Source: Octopus bimaculoides (taxonomy: Eukaryota). From it: 64,000 bases of DNA. The first letter of the stretch is position 1, and the number at the start of each line of letters is the position of its first letter. This document shows positions 12,174-25,850 of this stretch, piece by piece. The notes below the pieces were generated by a model. That model searched no databases. It had not been told where the DNA came from and saw only the letters and a program-made list of their open reading frames with translations. The translations under genes and the position numbers were made by a program. Location: NCBI RefSeq assembly GCF_001194135.2, contig NC_069002.1, positions 1,193,926 through 1,257,925 of the forward strand, read 5' to 3'.

Positions 12174-12782
12174 TCATGTGCCTATGTCTTTGATATCTAT
12201 ATATGTAGCCATGTGTAGGTTTATGAATGTATAGCTGTAGATGTGTGTTGATGTGTTTGTGTGAAAGTGTATATACATGCAGGTATGTGCGTATAACGAT
12301 GATTTGGTTAAAAATTCTATTGACTAATAAGAGGTACATCAAAATAGAGACAAGTAATAAGCTAACATACATGCATACACACACATAGACACACAGAGAG
12401 TCCCATATAACTACATGCATATACATACACACACACATATATATATACGTTTATATATGTATAAGTATTTACATGTGTGTATGTGTGGGTGGCTGCGTTT
12501 GTGCGTGTGTGCATGTGTGCGTGTGTGTGGTGTGTGTGGTGGTGGTAGTGGTGGTGGTGGTGGTGGTGGTGGTGGTGGTGTGTGTGTGTGTGTGGGGGGG
12601 GGNNNNNNNNNNNNNNNTGTGTGTGTGTGTGTGTGTGGGGGTGTTTGAAAAGCATTTAATTCGGAACTCTGAGAAGAAATTAAAGAACAATTACATTATT
12701 GATTTCGGATTCTGCAGAAAATATCAGAGACAATTAGTTTCTGTTACCAAAGAATGGATCCTTGTAGACTTTTATGGTTGCT

Positions 12783-12839
<57 letters not shown>

Positions 12840-13020
12840 ACATACATACATACATACATACATTTATATATACATATATATATATATATGTGAATATACA
12901 CATACAAGTATACACATATGCATCTGTACATATATGTATGTGCATGTATATACGCATATAAAGACATAAATATATTGATATAAAGTTACGTTGACATACA
13001 TAGATATGAATATATAAAAT

Positions 13021-13069
<49 letters not shown>

Positions 13070-13237
13070 NNNNNNNNNNNNNNNNNNNNNNNNNNNNNNN
13101 NNNNNNNNNNNNNNNNNNNNNNNNNNNNNNNNNNNNNNNNNNNNNNNNNNNNNNNNNNNNNNNNNNNNNNNNNNNNNNNNNNNNNNNNNNNNNNNNNNNN
13201 NNNNNNNNNNNNNNNNNNNNNNNNNNNNNNNNNNNNN

Positions 13238-13285
<48 letters not shown>

Positions 13286-13661
13286 TATATATACTCGTAC
13301 ACACACAAGCACACACTAATACTTCTATCTGTATGCATGTGCGTGAAAATGCGCGTGTGTGTAGATATATCTACAGACACAGACACGTAGTTAGAAGCCA
13401 TGCATATTCACACATACTCATGGCAACTTAGAGATGGAACTGAAAATGAGCAGCCGTGTAAAGACGAAGTCAGGTGTGTAATGAAAACACGCCCCTTGAA
13501 CAATCACAACTTGACAGCTTCACGTGTAAACCCTGGCGGTAGCGACGTGTCACAGGTCCTCTCACCTTACCCCCCGAAACAGCGTCAATGTTAACTCCTA
13601 CCACCTATCTCGCTCTATTTCTGTCTTTTGCCGGGCACTTGTAAACACCGGTGTGTACATG

Positions 13662-13773
<112 letters not shown>

Positions 13774-13929
13774 TATAGGTATACGTATACATGTACAAGT
13801 CCGTACAGATACACATACACACATATGCACACAAAACTTCGCAACCTTTCTAAATATCTATGAGACTTATTCTCTTCTCTCTGCATAAATGTATGTACAT
13901 GCATAAACATATATACATAAATGTACACG

Positions 13930-14180
<251 letters not shown>

Positions 14181-14928
14181 TATACATACATACATACAAA
14201 CATACATACATACATGCATGCATTCATAAATTGATGCGTAGGCGCGCTGTTTTATCTCTTCATCTCGTTGCTGCTACCACGCCCATTCTTCACCGGTGTG
14301 GTGTCACCTCAGATGATGTGAAATATAAACTTTGTTGAAGATTGCGTGGAGATGGTGGCTTCTAAGTATACGAAATGGACAACAAAGACAGGAGATGAGA
14401 AAGAAGAAAGCAAGAGGGAAGGAAGTGTATTTATCGTGTACGGGAGGGAGGTGGGGGTGATATCAATTAGTTGAGTAAGTGAAGAAACAGAGACGAGAGT
14501 GATGTAAAACCATTATTAAATAATTGCATTATATTGCAAAAACAAACAAAAAAAGATGCGTAGAGATATACATATAAGCGCGTACACGAACTCATACATA
14601 TACACAAAAGCAAATATACATATATACGTGCCTTCGTTCATACATAATAGAAAACATGGAAATTATACATCTACCAAAGACAAATTTTACTGAAAATAAA
14701 GAACGCAGATGTAACGGAAAAGAAAGAAATATTGAGGAGAAAGAAATATTGATGCCCCGAACAGAGAATGTAAAGGATTCTCACTCATATGTATGACACA
14801 CACGGCACACACACAGATATATATTCATATATAGTGAATCCAAACAAAGGAGAACAAACAAGAACATTCTATAACGCGAGGGTGTGATACAAGTACTGTA
14901 TTATCAAACGCTCAAGAAAGGAAGGAAA

Positions 14929-14962
14929 GGACTTTAACGTTTCGAGCGAAGCTCTTCTTCAG
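14929..14962 (-). ncRNA. Minimal type I hammerhead-ribozyme-like core (Penelope-type)
   Basis: Reverse complement reads CTGAAGA-A-GAGC-TTC-GCTC-GAAA-CGTT-AAAGTCC: CUGANGA and GAAA boxes flanking a perfect 4-bp stem II. Activity not shown. Confidence 0.45.
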
Positions 14963-14979
14963 AAATAGAGGAACGTAAA

Positions 14980-15080
14980 CCTAATGTCTTACTCAAGAGC
15001 ACAAAGTAGTGCTCGGCTTGAGAATCGAAACCATACTTTTGTGATTGTGACTACAACACCCCGAACCACTAGGCCAGACA
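14980..15080 (-). mobile_element. Family C SINE head
   Basis: Reverse complement: tggcctagtgg (A-box) ... ggtttcgattctc (B-box) ... ttgtgctcttgagtaagaca; similar to 8380-8480. Confidence 0.65.
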
Positions 15081-15661
15081 CCTCGACTGGTGAAGAAAAG
15101 AGACAGGGAAGAAAGAAAAAAAGACTGTTTAAGATATTATGAAGGAAATCGAATTCCGGACTTCATCAGTGTACATTGAACTTCTTAACCGCTCGTTCAT
15201 AGCCTGCGGCCCGAGATGGAAACTTGCACCGAGAAGACACACACACATACACACTAATTACAATAACTGGCGCTCTAAATACTACGCACTCACTCCTGCA
15301 CACAAAAGCATACACACACCCCCACACACACACACATGTAAGGTGTGTAAATTTGTGCAGAATAGTTTAACCCTAGGCATTTGTTCACACCTGGTACAAT
15401 AATAAATTAGCATGAAAAGGTGTTACGGCGACATACTGATGTTGTTGTTGTTGTGGTAGTGGTGGTATTGGTGGTGGCTATGATGGTGGCGGCGGTGGTG
15501 TTGGCGTGCTGCTCTGTAAACAGAGAATAAATGGATTGGGACACATACGAAGAGAATTAAAATGAATCGATGGATTGGCAGATAGAGGGGCAGAAATAGC
15601 GAGAGAGAAATAATCAGCGACTCCTCTACCTCCACCTCCTACTTACTACTACTACTACTAA

Positions 15662-15880
15662 TAATAATAATAATAATCCTTTCTACTAAAGACATATGGC
15701 CTGAAATTTGGGGGAAGGGATAGTCGATTACACAGACTCCAGTATTTGACTGGTACTTAATTTGTCGACCCCAAAAGGAAAAGTCGACCCCGGCGGAATT
15801 TGAACTCAGAACGTACCGAAGTGCGAAATAACGCTAAGAAAATATACTAGTACGCTAACGATTCTGCCAGCTCGCCGCCA
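15662..15880 (-). mobile_element. Family B SINE, near full length with (ATT)n tail
   Basis: ctggtacttaatttgtcgacccc...gtcgaccccggcggaatttgaactcagaacgt...ctaacgattctgccagctcgccgcc; reverse complement of the 59942-60148 copy. Confidence 0.9.
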
Positions 15881-15913
15881 ATAATAATAATAATAATGAT
15901 AATAATAGTAATA

Positions 15914-15950
<37 letters not shown>

Positions 15951-16484
15951 TCTATATGAAAAGATAAAAATGAAAATAGAAATATGAAATCGCAAAGACA
16001 AATGCCAAATCATATTCGCGAAAGAACGCATAGAAAGACTTATATAAGAAAATGTGACGAAGATGAAAGGCGAAAAGCGTTGCGATGATGATCATAGATA
16101 AAAATACGAGGGGGGGGGGGAGAATATAAAGAAGAATATAGAAGGGGTGGTGGTGGGAGGAGGAAAGATACTCCAGCGTAAAGAGAGGAATTGATTTAGA
16201 GGTAGAGGAAAAGGAGAAAAATATAAGTTTAAGAAAAGAATTAGAATGAGAAGGGGAGGAGTACGAGTATGAGGCGGAGGAGAAGAAGGAGAAGAAATGC
16301 CAGTGATGGTGATAATGACGTTGATGATATCGATAATTATGATGGTGGTAGTGGTGGTGGTGGTGGGTTTTTTTGAGATGATGAAGATAATGATAAGAGG
16401 AAAGTGAAGGACGTTGACGATGATGGAGATGAAGAGAAGAAAAGTTAAAGAAGGTATGATGACGACGAGGAGGAGAAGAAAAAG

Positions 16485-16575
16485 AAGAAGACGAGGAGGA
16501 GGAGGAGGAGGAGGAGGAGGAGGAGGAGGAGGAGGAGAAGAAGAAGACGATGAAGAGGAGGAGGAGGAGGAGTGG
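16485..16575. repeat. (GAG)n/(AAG)n microsatellite
   Basis: Direct reading. Confidence 0.9.
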
Positions 16576-16941
16576 TAAAAGAGAAATAAAAGTGAAAAGA
16601 AGCGCGGAAACGGGTGGAAACGATGCCAAAATTTGATGCTATTGTTGTTAGTTTTGTGGTTATTGTGAAAAAGCTCTTAAAAGTAAGGAAGAAAAAACAG
16701 AGAGAGAGAGAGGGGGGCAAATAGAGAGGGGGCAGATAGAGAGAGAAAGAAAAACACCGAGAGAGAGAGAGAGAGGAAGAGGGTGTGTGTATGTGTGAGA
16801 GAGAGAGAGGGAGAGGGGAAAATATACTTATTTAATTATTTTATCTCAGAAACGATGGAAATAAGGACATGATAGGAAAATGGCTACAGAAATAGATTTA
16901 AAAGAAAAGGGAAAAATAAAGAGTTTACGAAAAGAAAAGGA

Positions 16942-16973
<32 letters not shown>

Positions 16974-17292
16974 GAAAGAAAGAAATGGTTAAAAATTAAC
17001 AAAGAAATTTAAAAAGTGAAAAAAAAAAAATCTGTTACTGCCGAACACCGTACGGTCCCTTCCCAACAAAATCTTCAGCCAAGCAAAAAAGAAGTAATAA
17101 ACAGTGTGTGTGTGTGTGTATGTGTGTGTGTGCGTGTGCGCGCGAACGTGTGTGTATAGAGAGAAGTATATAGGTGCTTTATTGTTGTTGTTTGTTTTTA
17201 TTGTTATCTGAAAAGGTGTGGTGATTAGGATGAAGAAAGCCTGGAGGTAGTGGTTTTCGTGGCGTGAACATATGAGCACTTTGCAATTAACC

Positions 17293-17346
<54 letters not shown>

Positions 17347-17385
17347 CCTGTCTACTATAGGCATAAGGCTTGAAATTTGGTGGAA
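17293..17385 (-). mobile_element. Family B SINE 3' end plus (ATT)n tail
   Basis: (aat)n-cctgtctactataggcataaggcttgaaatttgg matches the tail end of the copies at 15662 and 32581. Confidence 0.75.
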
Positions 17386-17678
17386 CGATAACGACGATGA
17401 CGATGATGACGATGATGATGATGACGGCGACAGCAATAAGATGAACAACAATGAAAAACGTAGAATAAAAACAACAAACACACTTTGCACTCTACTACTA
17501 CGACTGCTACTAGTACTAACACTACTACTACAAACAGCATACTCATCATCATCATCATCATTGTCATAACAAAGGGGGTAAGCATCACTTAATATTAACG
17601 ACGCATAACCGCCACCACACCATCACCCTGACTGTTATCCACACCATTTCCACTTTGTCATTGTTGCCCTACTAAGAG

Positions 17679-18142
17679 CACCACCACGTGGTCGATAGCC
17701 TTACAAGAAGTAGTACACAAACCTCCCTCAACTCAAACGCTAACCGTCTTATAAAAGAGGAAACTCAACAACAGCACCATCACCCACCTCGCTCCCACCT
17801 CCATCATCACTTTTCACCACTAACAACACTACCACCACCACCACCACCACCGCCACAATCAGCACCGGTACCAGAACATCCACCGCCACCGCCACCATCG
17901 GCACAACCACCACGACCGACCACAACCACCAGCATTAACAGCGCCACCAACAGCGTTAAAACTGCAGCCGCCATTATCACCATCTTCACCGTCAACACCA
18001 CCACCACCACCACCACCACCACATCATTATCACCATCATCAAGATCGTCTGCACCACCACCTCCACTATTAACACTGTCACCAGCACCCACACCCACCGA
18101 ACCCACCTCAGCCATTCTGCGTTGGCAGGTGTATGAGGCATG
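17679..18142 (+). CDS. Candidate coding exon, Pro/His/Thr-rich low-complexity peptide (unverified)
   Basis: Stop-free frame of ~155 codons beginning just after a pyrimidine-rich stretch ending in AG and ending at ATG|GTGAGG; contains non-repetitive segments SLNSNANRLIKEE and EPTSAILRWQVYEA. Could equally be chance translation of (ACC)n-rich DNA. Confidence 0.2.
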
Positions 18143-18329
18143 GTGAGGACTTCCCAGGAACTGTGTCCTCACCCCCCCCCCTTCAAACACGATTGCAGCA
18201 GAAGAGAGAGAGAGCGAGGGTTGTCGGGGGTTACCAGGTAACACTACTGCTGTTCTTTTGTCAGCCGTACTCTAGTGAGAGGTTAGTGAGTTCACCTAAA
18301 TAACAAGGTTAATTATAGCAATCAAACAT

Positions 18330-18360
<31 letters not shown>

Positions 18361-19904
18361 CACAGACGGGGATAGACGCTTACACTCAAGTGCTCACCTG
18401 CTCGTACACATTGACGCATACACAGGTACATAAACACAGACGCGCACCAGCCTTGACAGCCAAACGCCCATACACATTAGTAAATATGTACATACACACT
18501 TGTGTATATACATGTGTGTGTGTGTATGTATGTGTGTGTGTGCATATATTTATAAATATATATACATATATATATTTACATATGTATATATACATATATA
18601 TATGCATATATATATATATTCATACATATATATTCATACGTATATATACATATGTATATATACATATATATAATCTAACGCTATACACAGGTATGCAATG
18701 AGAGAGAAACAGAGAGACAAAAGGAGGGGGAATTAAATAAGTAGTCAGAGTATAGAAATAAGAGATTTGTTATATTTAATTTCAAGTTATCAAATCTTTT
18801 TCGGTTTGAAAATTAGTAGCATTCATTTCATCATTTTGTATAACTACCAGGAAATTTCATAAAAATTAAATTCTAAGTGCTTGTAGGACATATTTCCTGT
18901 TTTTTACCCATTATGGCAAAATAATACTTTTAAATTTACCCTCATGATAAATAACACTTCATAAAAATTCGTAATTGATCTGATTGGGACTCATACACTT
19001 CTTTCTTTCTTTCTTTCTTTTTTTTTTTGGTTATATAATTCAGATGAATAAAACTACATCATAAAGGAACTGGCACTAACTATCACTGTGCTTGACAATT
19101 ATTCTTCTTGGTTTTGTGTATTTAGTGCCAAGCCTGCCAAATATTATTCAAAGAATTTCTAATGTGGTATTTCTTTCGTTTGGCGTCTACACCGACGATA
19201 TAGAAGATTCGCGAAGTTATTTTTCCCAGAGAATTCCCGATAGTTCTTGTGCCTAGATAAGTCGACCTGTTTTTGAAAGATTTTTGTAATGTTTCCAGTA
19301 TAGTATCTAAAGGTTTGACGTTCAACTCCACAGAATCCGAGACAGAGAGGTACAGAGAGAGGTGAGGAGGGGTAGAAGAGTGAGGAGGGGTAGAGGGGTG
19401 AGGAGGGGAGGGAGAGAGAGGAGAAAGGGAGAGAAAGAGGAGAAAGAAAAACAAAGGATACCTATACAATAGACATAGCCCATACACTCACTCTCACACA
19501 CACAACATATATAGAAATGCGTTGGTGTACCTCAAGAAGCTATGTCTTTATTTTATGGATATTAGGTAGGTAGATAGATAGATATAGATGGATAGAGATA
19601 GATAGATACATACCTGCATTGATTGATAGTTGCAAGGGAAGATATATACATACATGCGTGTACATACATGCATTGGTAGATAGATAGATAGATAGATAGA
19701 TAGATATTGATAAATATTGATATTTGTCCTAATGTAAAATTTTATATAAATAGAATTTAGCATTAAATTATAGGATCACTCGATGACTAAGTCGTTTTTA
19801 TAAGAGAACATACTTATTAAATTCTACAAGCAAAAGATTGTGGCTGCGAAGTTTCGGCTTACTAGTCGTCGTCAGACCGTGGTTCACTTTGATGTCTATG
19901 TATA

Positions 19905-19970
19905 ATGGTTTTGGCAGGGTGTTTCTTTTCTAGGGTTCACCAATAGAAATGAAACTGAAAGAAGCCCGTC

Positions 19971-19975
<5 letters not shown>
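19905..19975 (+). mobile_element. Family A SINE fragment running into (TA)n and an assembly gap
   Basis: gaaactgaaagaagcccgtcgtatatata is the junction between the family A 5' half and its central microsatellite. Confidence 0.65.
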
Positions 19976-20004
<29 letters not shown>

Positions 20005-20406
20005 NNNNNNNNNNNNNNNNNNNNNNNNNNNNNNNNNNNNNNNNNNNNNNNNNNNNNNNNNNNNNNNNNNNNNNNNNNNNNNNNNNNNNNNNNNNNNNNN
20101 NNNNNNNNNNNNNNNNNNNNNNNNNNNNNNNNNNNNNNAACCATGTAAGCACATGTGCCAGATTCCTACGAAAATATTTCAGAAACTCTTCCATTCTTCC
20201 TCCAAAGACAAACCATGTAGAAAAACCACTATATCATCGACATTGACATTACTACCACCATCACCACAACCACCACTGCAGCCACTATGGTGATCCTCCA
20301 CTCCCTACCTTATGAATTACAAGCCGTCAGAGGTATATGGAAAAAATTTACCCAATTTCACAGAAAAAACACGTCACCTTCAGCCTTTCTCGCATTCTCA
20401 CCATTT

Positions 20407-20462
<56 letters not shown>

Positions 20463-20661
20463 CCCTGTTTACTTTTTCTCATCTACATTTTTTACAAGTA
20501 GAAATTTTGTGCTTAAACGTAAATAATTTTTGTTTTCTGTTTGAATGTTTATATATTCAAATAAGTACAAACTTTATACATACATATTTACATACATACA
20601 AGCAGACATACCTAATACCTATATACATACATATGTCTATGTGTGTTTACTGTCTTGTTCT

Positions 20662-20697
<36 letters not shown>

Positions 20698-20726
20698 ATA
20701 TTTATATGTATATATATATGTATATG

Positions 20727-20785
<59 letters not shown>

Positions 20786-21423
20786 ACGTATATATATATA
20801 CGTGTGTATATATATGTGTGTGTGTGTACATATATAAACATACGTGCATACATATATGTGTGTATGAATATATATATATACATACACACACACAAACACA
20901 TATATATATATACATATGTGAAGTGAACGCCTGTCTCACATCATATACTTGTGTGTGCGCTCTTCATTTTTTTTTTCATTTAACTACTTCTGGTCGCAGT
21001 AAATAAACTGAATACACATACGTGTGCTGTGGTGTATGTTTATGTCTCCTGTTGTAATGTTTATACACGTCTCTGCGTTTGTGTGCCTGCTTGTGTATAT
21101 ATGTATATGTTGACAGTCGTTTTTTTTTTTGTCACATTCAATATGTAAGTGAAGTTAAAGAAAAAAATCGTTGTATGTAGAAAGAAAAAAATGAATGACA
21201 ATAATAAAAGTAACAGGATAATAATAAGATAATGATAACAATAATAAAAATTGCTACAAAATTTAACAATGAAATGAAAAAAATTGTTAGATTGAAACAT
21301 GCAGAGGCGGAAAATAACAAACAAAAAAGAACAACAGCAACTGAGGAGATTCGACACGCGCGCACGCATGTAAAAGCACGTACACACACAGTGTTTACAG
21401 ACACCCACGCGCAACATATGCAC

Positions 21424-21461
<38 letters not shown>

Positions 21462-21789
21462 AACATATGCACGTATATATATATATATATATGGAACAAA
21501 CCCAGAAAATGGAATTCACGAGAATCTTTATTCAAAACCATTACAATTGTTTTCGGGACGAGATTTGTATATTATTCTTGGAGGTTTTGCCCGAATCTCA
21601 CTTAACTATATACATACATTACATACATACATAGACGTGAATCTTCCTTAATACGATCTCAGCTTTATCGATCTCAATTGAAGTTGTTATTGGTCGTGTT
21701 CAGAATGTAGTCGGGTATAACCATGGGGTACAAAATATCTATTCCGGCTGATGCGCAGTAACCCTTCAACCACCCGTTTTAAATTTGTA

Positions 21790-21935
21790 TGTGCTAAAGT
21801 ATAGAATGAAACAATCGATTCGATTGTGCTTCATTATTTTACCGACACTTCATCAGTGGTTACTTTATTCAATTGACCCCACAAGTGTAAATGAATAATT
21901 TGACGTTACCGGATTTGAACCGAGAACGTAAATTG
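21790..21935 (-). mobile_element. Old family B-like SINE fragment
   Basis: gtggttactttattcaattgacccc...tttgacgttaccggatttgaaccgagaacgtaaa resembles the reverse of the family B body. Confidence 0.45.
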
Positions 21936-22099
21936 ATCATTAATCTCAGTTTTTCACTGGAAAATAATTTCATTGCTTCTATAACGATTGAATTTAAAAT
22001 TAGGTTTGGTCAAAATATGAACTCGGAATATAAAGGGGCGTAAGGCAATATATATTTTTCGCAACAATATACCTTTTCAGCGACAACGATAATAAATTA

Positions 22100-22250
22100 G
22101 CAAGGAAAGCCAACGGCCTTGAATTCCGAATCCATGTGTTTAAGAATGAGTTTGAGGCAATCAAGTTAATCGCACCCTATTGACAGTTACTTTATTTAAT
22201 GGACCCGATAACATTGAAAGACATATTTGACCATGGAGGGAATTTGATCG
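22100..22250 (-). mobile_element. Old family B-like SINE fragment
   Basis: caagttaatcgcaccc...ttactttatttaatggacccga...ttgaccatggagggaatttga, weakly matching the reverse family B body. Confidence 0.35.
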
Positions 22251-23036
22251 TGAAAGGATTATAAAGAAGAACAAAACAAAACGATGAATTTCTTTCTATT
22301 TTTTTTTCTCTTAATCGAAAGCGATTTTTTTACACTGGTCATAACTAACGCCTCGCATCGGCTTTTATTTCAAATCTACAGAGAGATTATTCCAGGAGGT
22401 TCTTAACAAGATTACCAGCAAATCCATGATACCATTCCTTTTTAAACAGTTCTCGTTTAAATTATTAAGAAAGCCATGTTTGTATTTTATCTTATCTTAT
22501 TTTCTTTGTTATTATGTTATGTTTTTTTTATGTGCTGTATTTTATTTGTTATCACATCATTAATCCGAACGAACCGTTTACAGCAATCCAATGATATTAT
22601 TATAAAAACCTCCCTTAACGAAATGCGATAAATCTCTTGGTTTTTATGTAATTCAACTTTTAAAAAAAAGACCATCATAAAAACGAAAGAAAATACTGTA
22701 AATTACGGGTTTGTTTTTGTTGTTTTTATCGACAATGGCCAAGGAAAATTGAGTTCTTTTGTTGCGCATTTTAAAGAGAATGAAGGTTGAAGAGGACATA
22801 CACACACACAATAATGATTATGATGATGATGATGATGATGATGATAGCAACACCGCAAAAAAAAACGATAAAATCCATGCTACCGAGGATGCTGGTGTGG
22901 TGGCGGTGGTGACGGCGGTGGTGGTGGCGGTGCTAGTGATGAACATGTTATGTGAAAGCTATTAAAGTAGGAGAATGGAGAGAAAAATAAAGAGAGAAAG
23001 CGAGGGAGAGACAAAGACAGGGAGAAAGACAAAGAG

Positions 23037-23040
<4 letters not shown>

Positions 23041-23092
<52 letters not shown>

Positions 23093-23575
23093 NNNNNNNN
23101 NNNNNNNNNNNNNNNNNNNNNNNNNNNNNNNNNNNNNNNNNNNNNNNNNNNNNNNNNNNNNNNNNNNNNNNNNNNNNNNNNNNNNNNNNNNNNNNNNNNN
23201 NNNNNNNNNNNNNNNNNNNNNNNNNNNNNNNNNNNNNNNNNNNNNNNNNNNNNNNNNNNNNNNNNNNNNNNNNNNNNNNNNNNNNNNNNNNNNNNNNNNN
23301 NNNNNNNNNNNNNNNNNNNNNNNNNNNNNNNNNNNNNNNNNNNNNNNNNNNNNNNNNNNNNNNNNNNNNNNNNNNNNNNNNNNNNNNNNNNNNNNNNNNN
23401 NNNNNNNNNNNNNNNNNNNNNNNNNNNNNNNNNNNNNNNNNNNNNNNNNNNNNNNNNNNNNNNNNNNNNNNNNNNNNNNNNNNNNNNNGAGAGAGAGGGG
23501 AGAGAGAGGAGAGAGAGAGAGAGAGAGAGGGGAGAGAGAGAGATAGAGAGGGGAGAGAGAGAGAGAGAGAGAGTC
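23041..23575. repeat. (AG)n microsatellite spanning assembly gap 23093-23488
   Basis: Direct reading. Confidence 0.95.
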
Positions 23576-23704
23576 GTGTGGTTATGCGGATGAGAGAGAG
23601 AAAAGGAAAGAGTAATAAAAAGTGATTAGGGTTTTGCATGAAAATGTATGCTTATGTACGACGTTGTATGGCAGGACAATAATTATTTCAAATTTTTGCC
23701 AGAA

Positions 23705-23820
23705 GGGTATCTTGGGGGAGGTGGGGGATGAGTCGATTGCATCGACCCCAGTATTCGACTGGTACTTATTTTATCGACCTCGAAAAGATGAGAGGCAAAG
23801 TCGACCGCGGCGGAATTTTT
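23705..23820 (-). mobile_element. Family B SINE, central part
   Basis: gtcgattgcatcgaccccagtattcgactggtacttattttatcgacctcgaaaagatgagaggcaaagtcgaccgcggcggaattt. Confidence 0.85.
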
Positions 23821-23989
23821 AATTCATGAATGACAGTATAATGTGTGTGAGGCACTTCGTGTATAGATGTGTACGTGAGACAGGAGGTAAAAGAGAAAAA
23901 GACAAAAGCAAATATTATTACACACACACACATGTAAGGTGGAAGTACTCAATACAGGCGTAGAGTTAAAATTATTATTGTGAAGTAGT

Positions 23990-24720
23990 ACTTATGCTAG
24001 GATGCGACGCAGTACGATGTTGATTGGTGTAGTGCAGTGGCAGTAGAGGTGTAGTGTGGTGGAGGTGTGGAGGGTGGAGGTGTGGAGGTGTGGAGGTGTG
24101 GAGGGTGGAGGTGTGGAGGGTGGAGGTGTAGTGGGGTGGAAGGGTAGTGGGGTGCAGTTATAGTGGGGGGGGGGTGGCATAGTTGGTGGAGGTGTAGTGT
24201 GGTGGATGTGTAGAGGGGTGAAGGTGTAGTGGAATGGGGGCGTAGTGTAATGAAGGTGTAGAAAGGTGGAGGGGTAGTGTGGTGGAGGTATGGTATGTTA
24301 GACGTGTAGAATGGAGGAGGTGTAATGTGTGGGCGCTGCAGTATGGTGCTGTCAAGTGTAGCGTTGTGTGGTGTTGTGTGACGTATTGTATGGAGTGGTG
24401 TACTGAAGTGTAGTGCCATGTAAGTGTCATATATTGTGATGTAGAGTGGTAAAGTGTTGTGTGGTGGTGTGTAGTGTATTGAAGATTTGAAGTGAGTTGG
24501 GGTGTAGTACAGTGAGCTGCATTTAGTGCAGCGAGGCGCGTGCAGGATGTAGTAGTGTAATGTAGTCTTGTTGCATAGTGCAGAATAGGGAGTAGTGTGT
24601 GTTGTATCATGATGTGGTTTGTCGTGTAATGTTTAGTGATGTAGTATGGCGCAGTGTGGTGTTGTATTGTGCGGTAGTAGTGTAGCAGAGTGTGGTGAAA
24701 GTGTTGTGATGTGACGGGAA
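23990..24720. repeat. G/T-rich degenerate minisatellite (ggaggtgtggagggt / gtgtagt units)
   Basis: Direct reading; strong strand asymmetry with many GG runs. Confidence 0.75.
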
Positions 24721-25300
24721 ATGTAGGACATTAAGAAGAAATCCCCTGAGAATGGAAGATGGTAAAAAATCAAAGTTGCAACAGGAATGAGATGAAGAAT
24801 AAAAATGGTTATCACACGGTAAAAGTAACTTTGAAGTGAGAAAACAGGATTAGGATAAAGTGGGCAGAATGGGTGGGGGTGAAGAAGGGGAGAAAGAGTG
24901 GTGGCGAGGGAGATGGGGAGATAAGGGAGAGAGGGCGGGTGGAGGGTGGAGAGTAAAGTCTGTGATAGAGGCAGCGAAGGAGGAGGAAGGGAAGAGAGAA
25001 AGCGTGAAAGTAATAGAGAAAGGAAGAAAGAAAGAAAGAAAGAATATAGAGAGTGTGGGAAGGAAAGAAAGAAGAAACGAAATAAGCATGAGAGAGGGAG
25101 ACGAAATAAGAAAGGAACAAAGGAAGGCAGAAAGATAGATAGATAGATAGATAGAATGAGAGGTTGTGCAGTGAAATTGTTGAGAGACGGAATAAGGGAA
25201 AGTGAGAGGAGAGGAGGAGGAAACACTCCCAATGAGAAGAGAGAGAAGAAAAGAGAGAGAGAACGACAAAGGGAAGATTCTGTGTGCATGTAGACATGAG

Positions 25301-25420
<120 letters not shown>

Positions 25421-25469
25421 TGCGCACTGGGATAGTTAGAGACAAAAATGTAGTCATTGAGAAAGAGAG

Positions 25470-25850
25470 AGAATGAGACAGAGAAAGAAGAGAGATAGAG
25501 AGGCAAGAGGAGGAAGGGTAGAGAGGGAGAGAGAGAGAAGGAAAGAGAAGAGGTAGAAAGAAGAGAGATAGAGAGGCAAGAAGAGTAAGGAGAGAGAGGG
25601 AGAAGGAGAGAGAGAAGAGGTAAAAAGGAGATAGAGAGGCAAGCGGAGTAAGGAGAGATAGAGAGAAAGAAGGAGAGAGAGAGAGAAGAAGAGAGAGAAA
25701 GAAGGAGAGAGTGAAGAGAGCTAGAAAGAAGAGAGATAGAGAGGCCAGAGGAGTAAAGGTAGAGAGAGTGAAGGGGAGAGAAAATGAGAGCTAGAAAGGA
25801 AAGAGATAGAGAGGCAAGAAGAGTAAGGGGAGAGAGGGAGATGGTGATTG
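25470..25850. repeat. Purine-rich degenerate minisatellite with recurring gagatagagaggcaag..gagtaagg motif
   Basis: Motif starts at about 25492, 25565, 25628, 25733 and 25803. Confidence 0.8.

Noticed and set aside
19122-19340. Acyl-CoA synthetase-like FKN....LGTR in the minus-strand ORF
   Set aside because: Only a few residues match, downstream sequence does not continue the similarity, and there are no good splice sites.
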